A DNA stretch of 63,772 nt, filler included, from Octopus bimaculoides (GCF_001194135.2; 5 parts of 5 records of this genome joined end to end with filler, not necessarily neighbours in it), one strand, 5' to 3'. Positions 51,150-63,660 are shown, numbered from the whole stretch's first letter. Numbers and translations are program-made. The notes: generated from the letters alone by a model not told the origin.

Positions 51150-52578
51150 GTAAGTTATTTTTGTTACTCGATCAATTAGAATTCTGCAGTTTTAATCTCA
51201 TATATATTTCTCTCGTTTTAGTTTATTAGGCTGGAGGGCTCGGTTACGAAACATTTAACAAGCCAGCAAACCAACACCTGCCAGCATACTATGAGATACA
51301 AACAGAAATGCGCTTCAACGGCATTTTATATATGTCTGTGTGTGTATTTATATATGGGTAACTGACTCGTGGTCGTAGGATCGAGGTTTCAATTTCCAGG
51401 TCGAGTGTTGTGGTTATTTATTGAGGAAAAACACCTAAAGTTCCACGTGGCTACGGCAGGGTGTGGTGAAGAACCCTACTGTATTCTTCTACCACAAATT
51501 TATCTCACTCTTTCTTCCTGTTTCTGTTGTGCCTGTATTCCAAAAGGCCAGCCTTTTCACACTCAGTGTCACGCTGAATCTCCCCCGAGAACTACGTTAA
51601 GGGTACACGTGTCTGTGGAGTGCTCAGCTATTTGCACGTTATTTTCACGAGCAGGCTGTTCGTTGATCAAATCAACTGGAACCCTCGTCGTCGTAACCGA
51701 CGGAGTGCCACGCTGTTTCCAAGTACCAAATTCACCCACAAGTCATTGGTTGCTTGGGACTATAGTAGCAGATACTTGACTGAAAAGCGAGCTTCTTAGT
51801 CAAACAGCCATCCGTGAGCCAATAAAAGATATGTTTACAGACACTTGTTCAGGGAATTTTGCCAGTAATAACGATGAAAAAGATATCAAAAGATCAAATG
51901 AAATTGTTGAAGTTGCAGTAGAATTGTTGTAAACAATGTCTTACCTATCAAATGAAAGTGTTTTTATTTTTGTGTAAAGGATGCAAGCGCTGTCCTAGGT
52001 TTGCAAGTAGAATTCTCATATAATCTCTATATAGTTAATTATGATATTATTTGCTAACTTATTGGTCCGTATTTCACAGACCAGTAACTAAAAATTCGAT
52101 AAAAGAACGCGCATACACAAACGTAGTTCTCACACACGCACACATAAGAGAATATAATACACAAAGGGGCACGCAACACAAAATGTTACTAATTAATTAC
52201 TCTTCGCCACAACTTTCTCTCCCTCATTCTTCCTGTATTTCAAAGGACCAGCCTTGACACACTCTGTGTCATGCTGAATCTCTCCGAGAACTACGTTAAG
52301 GGTACATGTGTCTGTGGATTGCTCAGCCACTTACACGTTAATTCCCACGATATGGCTCTTCCGTTGATCGGGTCAACTGGAACCGACGTCGACGTAACCT
52401 ATGGAATGCTACGATATATATATATATATATATATANNNNNNNNNNNNNNNNNNNNNNNNNNNNNNNNNNNNNNNNNNNNTTAATTAATTAANNNNNNNN
52501 NNNNNNNNNNNNNNNNNNNNNNNNNNNNNNNNNNNNTGTGTTTGTATATGTGTGTGTATATATCTATCTATCTATCTA

Positions 52579-52609
<31 letters not shown>

Positions 52610-52613
<4 letters not shown>

Positions 52614-53480
52614 CATCATCATCATTTAACATCTGCTCTCTATACTGGCATGGGTTGGATGGTTTGACAGAAGCTGGAGAGTTGCCCAAGCTCCATGTCT
52701 CTTTTGGCATAGTTTCTACAGCTGGATGTTCTTCCTAATGCCAACCACTTCACGACGTGTACTGAGTGCTTTTACGCAGCACCAGCACAGGTGCATTTAT
52801 GTGGCACTGGTACAGGTACCTGTTACATGGCACCAGCACCTATGAGCCTGCAAGATTAGGAATGCTCAGCTCGAGAGGGATGCTGGGGAAATGCCTGTTT
52901 GCAAGGACAACATTGCTTTAACTTAGCTTGACATGTCTTTTCAAGCACAGCCAACCACCAGGAGTCTTGGTCCCCTCATCCACTGTGTGTGCGTGTGTGA
53001 GATCATCATCATTGTTTAATGTCTGTCTTTGATGCGGGCATGGGTTGGATGGTTTGAGAGGAGCTGACCAGGTAGAAGACTACCCCAGGCTATTGTGTCT
53101 GTTTTGCTGGGGTTTTTTATGGCTGGGTGCCCTTCCTAACACTGACCACTCTGCAGAGTGGACTGAGTGCTTTTTACGTGGCACCAGCACAAGCGAGGTC
53201 AGATTTGGCATGATTTTTACAGCTGGATGACCTTCCAAATACCAACCACTTTACAGTGTGGACTGGATGCTTTTCACGTGACACCAGCATTGGCAGGGTC
53301 ACCAAGTAACTTTGCAAGACAAGGAATTTGAGAGGGGAGAGGGCATTAGAAGAGAGGATCTTGTGTCAGAGGACGAAAAGTTAGAGTGTAACTGAGAAAC
53401 AGAAGCCAGTGTCTTGCTATAGAGGAGGAGGCATTGGAAGAGGTGATCTTGTGTCAGATGATGAAAGGTTAGGCAGAAGC
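52610..53480 (-). mobile_element. RTE-tail repeat family D copies ending (GAT)n
   Basis: Shared tggttggcattaggaagggcatccagc...catgccagcatgg..gttaaa(c)gatgatg; also at about 7385-7650, 10330-10560, 11590-11880 and 15985-16500. Confidence 0.7.
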
Positions 53481-53804
53481 TGATGCCTTGCCCAGCGTGC
53501 TGACAGAAACGTCAGCACGCTGGGCGAAATGCTTAGCAGTATTTCGTCTGCCGTTACGTTCTGAGTTCAAATTCCGCCGAGGTCGACTTTGCCTTTCATC
53601 CTTTCAGGGTCGATAAATTAAGTACCAGTTACACACTGGGGTCAATGGAATTGACTTAATCCTTTTGTCTGTCCTTGTTTGTCCTCTCTCTGTTTTGCCC
53701 CTGTGGGCAATAAACAAATAATAAAAATAAGAAGAAGAAGCTGGTGTCTTGCTATATAGGAGGTACATATATTATATATATGTGTGTGTGTGTGTGAGTG
53801 TATA

Positions 53805-54193
53805 TATATCAAGAAGATAAAAAATAGAGAGATAATTAATAATCATTTATTAATTAAAAAATTAGACATCGTCTCTGACAGCTTTTTTGATTCCAGAGAT
53901 TCATAAATTAATTACCATAATTAAAACCATTTAAAAGTCAAATCTCATCAGAGTTGGCTAAAGATTTACAGTTAGGTGTTCATATTCCTGCTTGTTGAGT
54001 ATACAGCTCCAAACATAATTGTATATCTTTAGCCAACTCTGATAAGATTCAACTTTTAATTAAATGGTTTAAATTAAGGTAATTAATTTATAAAGGTCTG
54101 GAATCAAAACTGCTATCAGAGATGATGTCTAATTTTTTAATTAATAAATAACTATTAATTATCTCTCTATTATCTTATCTTCTTAAAATATAT
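53805..54193. mobile_element. AT-rich foldback element embedded in (TA)n
   Basis: About 165-bp imperfect inverted arms around a spacer of about 55 bp, (TA)n on both sides. Confidence 0.75.
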
Positions 54194-54624
54194 ANNNNNN
54201 NNNNNNNNNNNNNNNNNNNNNNNNNNNNNNNNNNNNNNNNNNNNNNNNNNNNNNNNNNNNNNNNNNNNNNNNNNNNNNNNNNNNNNNNNNNNNNNNNNNN
54301 NNNNNNNNNNNNNNNNNNNNNNNNNNNNNNNNNNNNNNNNNNNNNNNNNNNNNNNNNNNNNNNNNNNNNNNNNNNNNNNNNNNNNNNNNNNNNNNNNNNN
54401 NNNNNNNNNNNNNNNNNNNNNNNNNNNNNNNNNNNNNNNNNNNNNNNNNNNNNNNNNNNNNNNNNNNNNNNNNNNNNNNNNNNNNNNNNNNNNNNNNNNN
54501 NNNNNNNNNNNNNNNNNNNNNNNNNNNNNNNNNNNNNNNNNNNNNNNNNNNNNNNNNNNNNNNNNNNNNNNNNNNNNNNNNNNNNNNNNNNNNNNNNNNN
54601 NNNNNNNNNNNNNNNNNNNNNNNC

Positions 54625-55400
54625 TATTATTATATCCATAGGCGGATATTTTTAGTATGAAGTGGTAAAGAGTGTGATGTGCTGAAAAAAGTGAGAACAG
54701 TACTTGAAGTGTAGTTTCATTCCAGTGGTAAATATCCGTGTCGAAATCCGTGCAAAGTAATCCTTGTGTGGATAATCCGGAAATGTATGTTGGAGCGAAA
54801 GTTGATATAGCATAGATAGCAGAGGTACATATATTCCATATTGCAAAATCCATCGCAATATTTTCTGAATTCACTTTGAATCTAACCAGTTTTAGAATGC
54901 TTTGATAAACTACTGTAGAAAAGGCTAGCCACTGGATTTGGTTAAAAAGAGATGATGAGCGATGGCTAGAAGAATATTGAGCTTTATTTGATAAATAGTT
55001 GATCTAGCAAGTGGGATCTCATAACAGTGAGGTGGGCTGGTGCGCATTGATGCCATCAAAAGGTAGGCCCGGAAATGGCCCGCATTCTCTTCTGTTGAAG
55101 CCCATACACTTGCTGGCTTCTGGTACGTGGAGCTTTTGACAGGTAGCACTTGCATATACAAGTTGTTTGCAAAACATTTGTGTTAGCAAATATTTTCGGA
55201 TACTGTGAAACAGGGTTACTTTGAACAGTTTTAGACTATTTATTGTAATAATTTCATAACCGTTTAGCAGTAATAAATAGCAGTAGCATTCTTCTCTTTC
55301 CTGGGACTGCCACATTAAATTGGCAACAAACCATCAATTTATCATGCTGCTACTATATAACTCTCTCTGAGAGATTTAGAAATGCAATATTTCTAATTAT
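54625..55400 (-). mobile_element. Decayed Penelope-like RT fragment plus pLTR-like flank
   Basis: TDIY, HxH/NIPY-like and D(G)FAIW-like remnants; the flank shares sequence with 35850-35950. Confidence 0.5.
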
Positions 55401-55524
55401 ATATATATATATATATATATAAGCAAACTGAAAAAACAAATAACAAAACCACAAAAGTCAAAATGACAAACGCATAATATATATTACCTTGATGCTCAGT
55501 AAAGGTGGTAAAAAGAGTAAAGTG

Positions 55525-55560
55525 TATAATGTTTCAAGCATGACTCTTCATCAGAAAGAA
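55525..55560 (-). ncRNA. Degenerate hammerhead core next to a Penelope remnant
   Basis: Minus strand: CTGATGA-A-GAG-tcatg-CTT-GAAA-CATT; stem I is not recoverable. Confidence 0.35.
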
Positions 55561-56687
55561 AAGGTCCGGAGAAGGAAAAAATATATATATAGACGTTTGT
55601 GTGTATGTGTGTGAGTATAAATATATATGAGTATGTATGTATGCGTGTATATATATATATATATATATATGTGCATGTGTGTGTGTGTGTATATATATAG
55701 GCACAAGAGTGGCTGTGAGGTAAGAAGCTTACTTCCCAACCACATGGTTCCAAGTTCAGTATCACTGCGTGGCCCCTCGGGCAAGTGTCTTCTACCATAG
55801 CCTCGGGCCAACCAAAGCTTTGTGAGTGGATTTGGTAGATGGAAACTGAAAGAAATTTGTCGTATATGTACACCCACACACACGCACACATGCACACATA
55901 TAGATATATATATGTATTTGTGTGTCTGTGTTTGTCCCCTACCCACCATTGCTTGTCAGCCGATGTTGGCATGTTTATGTTCCCCATAACTTAGTGGTTT
56001 GGCAAAAATGAATGATAGAACAAGCACTAGGCTTACAAAGAATAAGAGTATAAATATATAAACATATACAAGAATGTATATATATACATAAAGAATAAGA
56101 ATATAAATATATATATGTAGATGTATATATANNNNNNNNNNNNNNNNNNNNNNNNNNNNNNNNNNNNNNNNNNNNNNNNNNNNNNNNNNNNNNNNNNNNN
56201 NNNNNNNNNNNNNNNNNNNNNNNNNNNNNNNNNNNNNNNNNNNNNNNNNNNNNNNNNNNNNNNNNNNNNNNNNNNNNNNNNNNNNNNNNNNNNNNNNNNN
56301 NNNNNNNNNNNNNNNNNNNNNNNNNNNNNNNNNNNNNNNNNNNNNNNNNNNNNNNNNNNNNNNNNNNNNNNNNNNNNNNNNNNNNNNNNNNNNNNNNNNN
56401 NNNNNNNNNNNNNNNNNNNNNNNNNNNNNNNNNNNNNNNNNNNNNNNNNNNNNNNNNNNNNNNNNNNNNNNNNNNNNNNNNNNNNNNNNNNNNNNNNNNN
56501 NNNNNNNNNNNNNNNNNNNNNNNNNNNNNNNNNNNNNNNNNNNNNNNNNNNNNNNNNNNNNNNNNNNNNNNNNNNNNNNNNNNNNNNNNNNNNNNNNNNN
56601 NNNNNNNNNNNNNNNNNNNNNNNNNNNNNNNNNNNNNNNNNNNNNNNNNNNNNNNNNNNNNNNNNNNNNNNNNNNNNNNNNNNNNNA

Positions 56688-57582
56688 CAGGGTGCAGTGA
56701 ATATATTGTTGTCTAAATTATACAAAAATGAAAATAACACTGACATTTCATTTTAATAAACATATTTACCAAAATTACATAAAAAATATCTTCAAATGCT
56801 AAAGAGTAAATTTATTCAATAAAATTGCCCTTGGCTTCAACCACAACCTCCAGATGGCTTTGGAATCTCCTGCAACTCTTCTGGACGGTCTCCTTGTTTA
56901 AGTTGGTGAATGCTGCCATAATCCTTGCCTTCAGTTCATCTTTGGCATTACAAGGAGTTTTGTTGGTCTCTCGCTCAACTGCAACCCACACATAATAATC
57001 AAGGGGGTTGCAGTCTAGGGAGTTAAGTGGCCAAATGTTAGGGGTGATGTGGTCCCAGAAATTGTCTGATGTCCATGACTGAGTTCTCCTGATTGTGTGG
57101 CATGGTGCAGAGTCCTGTTGCCAGACATAGGGTCTTCCAGCAGCCACCTGTTTGACCCAAGGCAGCAGTACCTCCTCCAGGCACTTGATGTAGGCCTCTG
57201 TATTGACTGAGTCTGAGGCCATGTGGGAAAATGACTGGAGGTATAACATTGCCATCACTGGTAATCACTTCAAACACCGTGATGTTGACTGGATGTTTGA
57301 TTTTTATCACTCTTGGTACATGTTTTGGAGACATGACAAGCCAATGTTAGTTCTGTGTGTTCACCATCTGTTCATATTGGAGCTTCCAGCATGAATGCCA
57401 GACAGTACAGCATGTCATGTCCAAATTTGTGGCAGAGTGCATTCCATCAAGGTGCTGTTTTTTCTCACAGACAGTGCTCAACTGACCCTTCTATGCTGTG
57501 TAGTCAACAAAATCAAAAACAGCCAATGCACATGAGTGAAATTAAGAATAGAAAATGGTGACAATTAACCCATCACACCCTG
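56688..57582 (-). mobile_element. Internally deleted DD37D (maT-type) Tc1/mariner transposon
   Basis: YVWQQDSAPCHT...WPLNSLDCNPLDYYVW...SCRRFQSHLE.VVEAKG.FIE with 37 residues between the second and third Asp; CAGGGTG...CACCCTG termini, TA on the right. Confidence 0.85.
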
Positions 57583-57649
57583 TATATATATAGAGAGAGA
57601 GAGGGAGAGAGAGATAAATAGATAGATAGATAGATAGATAAGTAGATTA

Positions 57650-57690
<41 letters not shown>

Positions 57691-57720
57691 GATAGATGTA
57701 TTAATATATATGTATATATG

Positions 57721-57773
<53 letters not shown>

Positions 57774-57873
57774 NNNNNNNNNNNNNNNNNNNNNNNNNNN
57801 NNNNNNNNNNNNNNNNNTTAATTAATTAANNNNNNNNNNNNNNNNNNNNNNNNNNNNNNNNNNNNNNNNNNNN

Positions 57874-57937
<64 letters not shown>

Positions 57938-58582
57938 CATCATCATCATTATTATTATTGTTACTGTTGGCTGTTGTTGATATTAATATTATTATTCAGG
58001 TCACTGCCTGGAATCGAACTCAGAATCTTGGGGTTAGTAGCCCACGCTCTTAACCACTACGCTATATACCTGTGAAGGGTATATAAGCCGAAACGTTGTG
58101 TTAACAACAAAGAAGATGAGGACAAATATCTGTCAAATGTAAATAATGTAAATAATGTACATAATTCCTCATCTGGATAAACTGGGATTTTTAGAAAGAG
58201 AAATCGACCAGCTAATTCGTACATTACAAGTGCAATCTATGAGTGGAACGATAAAAATATGCAAGACTTTTCTCAAATTCCAAATGTGAATTTGTCTGTG
58301 ATAACTACATCCCAAAGATGGAGCCTTGTATTTTTGTTGGAAACCGACTCCCACCTCAGTGGAAGATTTATAATAATTAAAAAAATAGAAGAGACATACA
58401 TACATGCATGCAGTTATTCTCTCTCCATTTATTTTTTTCTCTCATTCTCTCTTTATTTGTTTCCTCTTATTCCTTTCTATCGAAGAGCGTAGGCTTTTCC
58501 ATTTTTCCCGTCGTCAAACTAATACACTTGCTTGTTGTTTCTACACCTGTCTTCATCTTTTGTTTTTCCGTAAATTTGCACG

Positions 58583-58675
<93 letters not shown>

Positions 58676-59279
58676 GTGAGCTTGTTTCAGTTTCCGTCAA
58701 TCAAATCTGCCCTCAAGGCTTTGATCGGCTCGTGGATATAGTAGACGACACTTGCCCAAGGTTCTGCGCAGTGAGAATAAAACAAAAACTGCTTGAGTAG
58801 GAAGCAAGCTTCTTAGCCATACAGCTACGCCTGCACCTAATCAATTAATACGAGATTAATGGAAAAGTGATTCCTATCACTAGCTTATGACACTCAATCA
58901 ATTCATTGATGTTTCTTCAATATAGCCCATAAATACACATAGGTACAAAATAGGGAATGAAAAATTACGAAGTTAGCTGAATTTTCATGTTTTCTGAAAG
59001 AGAGATGGGCATTGGACACATAATACTCTCAATTTGTTCTTTCAAGCCTGGCAGAAAGAATTCTATTTTTATCTAACGTGCTTCCACTAATAAGGAAGCC
59101 TCGAAGGTCCTATTTTTTCGTTAATATAGTAGTAATGATATTAATTCTTTTTCAATGGGAAGTAAATTTTCACAAGAAAATTGAAGTCATCAACCATCAT
59201 ATAATATTTGTTGATTAAGTAAATTCATGAGGAATGTAAAGTTTGAAATATCATACTTGAAATCCAGTTTCTTTTACAG

Positions 59280-59647
59280 GTGGCACTGTAGACACCCAGA
59301 ATTCTCCACCAGGATACTTTGAAAACACTGGATACTCATCCGATTTTGAAGAATCCCCAACAGCAGGATATCTCGCACAATCCGAAAATACTCCACAATC
59401 CGGAAATACCCCACAACCCGGAAATACCCCACAACCCGGAAATACCCCACAACCCGGAAATACCCCACAACCCGGAAATACCCCACAACCTGGATATCCA
59501 CCTGAACAACCTGGATATCCACCAGCAACAGAATATTCCTCAATACCTGATTACTATTCACTTTTTCCACTGCAAGAACAACCAAAACAGCAACAACAAC
59601 CACAGCAGCAGGAACAACAAGAGCAACATCAACAACAAACCGTTATT
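59280..59647 (+). CDS. Pro/Gln/Tyr-rich exon with (GNTPQP)n repeat, uncharacterised membrane protein
   Basis: Acceptor tttcttttacag, 368 nt open: GTVDTQNSPPGYFENTGY...GNTPQP x5...PGYPPEQPGYPP...QQQTVI, donor ATT|GTAAGT (phase 0). Confidence 0.75.
59384..59490 (+). repeat. 18-bp coding tandem repeat (ccggaaataccccacaac), about 6 units
   Basis: Seen directly; encodes GNTPQP in the spliced frame. Confidence 0.9.
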
Positions 59648-59923
59648 GTAAGTAAATATTTTCCCTTTCATTTTTACTGTTCTACACCGAAATATCCTAA
59701 ATAGTAATCTTATGTTTAGCTAGTTTTAGTCATTAAAGTGTGACTATGCCAGAAAAGCTTTTTTTAAGAGTTTTTAATCAATCATATGATCCTATTTCAG
59801 TCCGGTATATATTTTGACAGTATTTATTTATGGAATAATTAACGGGTTGTCCAGAACTACATATTAACAGTAGCATTCAGAGCACCTATCATGAAAAGTG
59901 TACGCACAGGAATATATATATAT

Positions 59924-60008
<85 letters not shown>

Positions 60009-60208
60009 GATAATATAGGACTGCTAATAATATTAGGGATAAAAATCCAAATTTACAGGTAAAAACACAATTAAATTCAATTTACAGTATAAAATATAAA
60101 TATATAGTTTTAGGGAAAAGAACCAAGGTTCATGAACTTATCGATGAAAATCCACTGTCGTTTTATTATCATAATCTTATNNNNNNNNNNCACACATATA
60201 TAAACATG

Positions 60209-60942
60209 CGAGGGGTTACCCAAACGCAACCGGAATTTTGCGATATTATTTTATTCACCTTCAAAGTATCCAAAGTATCAAAGTATACCCCATCTGAAGA
60301 AATGCATCGGTCCAGACGCATTTTCCACTGTTCAAAGTAGTGTTGGAACTCTTGCGAAGTGATACCTTTTAACCCCACCGTCGTTTTTTGTTTTTTTTTT
60401 CTTCACCTTTTTCACACCTGGAAATTCCATAGCGCCAGCTTTCGTCACCTGTGACGACCTTCGAAAAAAGGGTCCGGATCAACTTCTATCTGTTCTTTCA
60501 GTTCACGACACGCATTCGGTCGTGACATTTTTCGATCTCCCGTAAGCGAGTGAGGCACAAATTTTGCTGCAACTCTTTTCATTCGCAATTCCTCGCTAGA
60601 AATTTGTTGGCATGAGCTCCAGGACACACCAGTCATATCAACAAGTTTGTCAGTTGTCTGGTGAGGTTTCTCCAAGATCAATTCATGAATTTTCATTCGT
60701 TTGGGAGGTCGATGGTCGTCCTAATCGAGGTTGGGCTTCAAGCAACAAGCGATCATTCTTAAAGCCTGGAAACTAGTTTTGCTCATGGTAGCCTCCTTGT
60801 AAGGTGTTTGAAGTATGACAACTGTTACGGCCGCCATTTTCCGCAGCAGAAAACAGAATTACACGGAAGCTCGCTGTTCTTTCATTTCAGCCTATATTCA
60901 CATTTTCGATCTATCCTCTGCGAGTTAACTTGGGATCCCCTG
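60209..60942 (-). mobile_element. Mariner transposon remnant lacking the catalytic core
   Basis: MKEQRA.V.FCFL.. (ATG 60885), MKRVAAKFVPHSLT and C-terminal FQHYFEQWKMRLDRCISSDGVYF; the DD34D region is deleted. The left terminus is only a loose TIR match. Confidence 0.8.
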
Positions 60943-61574
60943 ACGACAATGTGACCTTCATTTAACTAAGGTATCTTCGGCCTGATGAGTAGCTGTTGGA
61001 GTAACACTCCTAGAGTAATTTTTATTTCCGAGGTTCTGCTAGCTAGGAGACATATGTAGGCTGGAATTTACCTGCTCCACTCCCTCAATTTGGATTTGTG
61101 TGTGTACGTGTGTATGTACACAAGAATGTCACCGGCAAAATTTGTGATTCTTTCTCTTCCATCACCCAATACATAAGATATTCCCCCACCCCACTATGCA
61201 ATCACACTACTATCACTGTGCTCTTATCGTATTTCAGTTGCAAGTGCACCTTGTGCTTTGATCTTGCCCCTCTGTTAGTGATTATAGTAAATGTATTAAT
61301 AATTTACGATGTTAGATGTGGTAGTGGTGATTGGAATTGTTGTGAAGTATTTGAAAATTTTGATAACAATATCTCGATCTTTGAACTTAATTTGTGGAAA
61401 ATTAATTTAATTAGAATACTTGTGACGCATTTCGGTTCATAACAAAACTCCTTTGATTACATAAGGCTTTATTATCATAAAGTATATTTTCGGCAATTCA
61501 GAGGTAACCGAGCACACTGTGATAATATATATTTCTGAATTGTCAACGATGAGATTGTGTAGACATACATGCAT

Positions 61575-61623
<49 letters not shown>

Positions 61624-61924
61624 NNNNNNNNNNNNNAACGCAATACAGAGCATTAAAACGTTCGGACGGATAGACGACACACAGGTGGACAAGAGAAACA
61701 ACAATTAGAACAGGCAAAAAGGGCAGGTCATTCTTGGCTTTCTTTCTTCAGTCAAGTACCAGAAGTCACGACCATTTCGGACAGATACACCTCAGATGGT
61801 TAGATCTGGTTGTCCCCAAAAAAGTCTAAGCTAAGAGCATTAGACCCCTTTGTAAGAAAGCTAGCGAATGTGTATGGCAACAAAGACAAAAAGCAAACAA
61901 ACATATAAACAAACAATATATATA

Positions 61925-62377
61925 GGCGCAGGAGTGACTGCGTGGTAAGTAGCTTGCTTACCAACCACATGGTCCCGGGTTCATTCCCACTGCGTGGCAC
62001 CTTGGGCAAGTGTCTTCTACTATAGCCTTGGGCCGACCAAAGCCTTGTGAGTAGATTAGGTAGACGGAAACTGAAAGAAGCCCGTCGTATATATGTGTAT
62101 ATATTTATCTATGTATGTATGTGTGTATATATGTATGTATGTATGTATGTATGTGTGTGTGTATATATGTTTGTGTGTCTGTGTTTGTCCGCCCCAATAT
62201 CGCTTGACAACCGATGGTGCTGTGTTTACGTCCCCCGTAACTTAGCGGTTCGGCAAAAAGAGACCGATAGAATAAGTACTAGGCTTACAAAGAATAAGTC
62301 CTGGGGTCGATTTGCTCGACTAAAGGCGGTGCTCCAGCATGGCCGCAGTCAAATGACTGAAACAAATATGTAAAGAG
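61925..62377 (+). mobile_element. Full-length tRNA-derived SINE family A with internal microsatellite
   Basis: A-box/B-box-like head (tgcgtggtaagt...ggttcattccc), central (TA/TG/TATG)n, conserved tail. Other copies at about 19213-19750, 19925-20345, 37314-37505, 39495-39875, 42170-42510, 49975-50160 and 55700-56040. Confidence 0.85.
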
Positions 62378-62397
62378 TATATATATATATATATGTA

Positions 62398-62454
<57 letters not shown>

Positions 62455-62866
62455 ATATATATATATATATATATAAACATACATACATACACATACATAC
62501 ATACATATACATATAATTTTTTTCTGTCTTTTTATTAAACATGGCAATTTGAAACCCGCCTTGTCAGTGATTATAGCCTCTCTATAAGTAACACTGTTTT
62601 TTAGCGCGATGGTTGATTTGCATTGTAATGAGTCTTGGGGTAAGGTTAACTATGTTCTTGCTCTCAAGCTGGCAGGAACACTGTCAGATAAACTCCTAAG
62701 AATCACTCTGACAAATCTCTTTCTTTGATTTGAAAAATTAGGGTAAAATTTCAAGTTTACATTTTATACCATGAACTTATATGAGTTGTACATATATCAC
62801 AATATATTAACTGTTGTTGAGTTTTATTAGCATGCTTTAAATATAAGCTTTCATTGTATCTTCTAG

Positions 62867-62998
62867 GTGGACACAATTACCCCAGCTGATGAAACAGAAC
62901 CAGAAAGCCAGAGTAAACTACTTTTAAAATGTTTGATCTCGGTTAGTTGTGCAATTGTATCGATTATCATAACGATAGTTTACCTCAGTCGTCGATAG
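62867..62998 (+). CDS. Terminal exon VDTITPADETEPESQSKLLLKCLISVSCAIVSIIITIVYLSRR* with C-terminal transmembrane helix
   Basis: Acceptor tttcattgtatcttctag; phase 0 matches the upstream donor. About 20-residue hydrophobic stretch followed by RR-stop; AATAAA at 63204-63209. Confidence 0.7.
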   Translation: MDTITPADETEPESQSKLLLKCLISVSCAIVSIIITIVYLSRR

Positions 62999-63554
62999 TA
63001 ACATAACATTAGAATATTTACAAAATTTATATAAAATGGAGTGTTTTTTCTTTTTTCATATAAAATATTCCTAGCAAAAAAAAAATGTTTAAATGTATCG
63101 AAAACTTCAATCAAGAGACTATATATTTCATAATAAACGATATATTAAACAATGATATATTCTGATCGGTGAACTCTACAGCCCCAGCCTGATTGTAAGA
63201 ACCAATAAAAGAGCAAGACTATGAGAGTATAGAGTTATTGCTGAACCACTTGTACCATTTCTTCTCTCCAATGCCCCAAGAAAACATTGGGTGATGTTGC
63301 TGCATTTTGCTTTTATTTGAATCCGCTTTATATCAAGAACTATCAATTGTTTAAAACTTTTTTATGAACATAAATGTTAAATAAATCAAATTTTAAAACT
63401 CTTTTCTAGTTTTTCAAAATGTTGCCTTCAAGTAGGTTATTCATATCTGTAGTGAAACTACCTCCCGCCATTAGATACAAACTACTATCGCCATTACATA
63501 CAATCTTCTCATTTAAATATAAATAAATGCGAGCGTAGTAGAGAACCCATTCCT

Positions 63555-63660
63555 TGTCATCACGTGACTGATTATTATTCGAATCGGCAACTTCTTCGAA
63601 CCTTTCCCGCCAGAACGCAAACTGACCAATCACGGCCCCTAATAAGGTCACGTGATAGAG
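63555..63660. promoter_or_regulatory. Promoter-like motif cluster: two CACGTG E-boxes, E2F-like site, CCAAT box
   Basis: TCACGTGAC 63560-63568, TTTCCCGCC 63603-63611, CCAAT 63626-63630, GTCACGTGA 63647-63655, CpG-rich relative to flanks. Confidence 0.55.

Noticed and set aside
59274-59651. ORF-track proteins with HNPEIP or VVGYFR repeats
   Set aside because: Alternative frames of the 18-bp repeat; splice phases support the GNTPQP frame.
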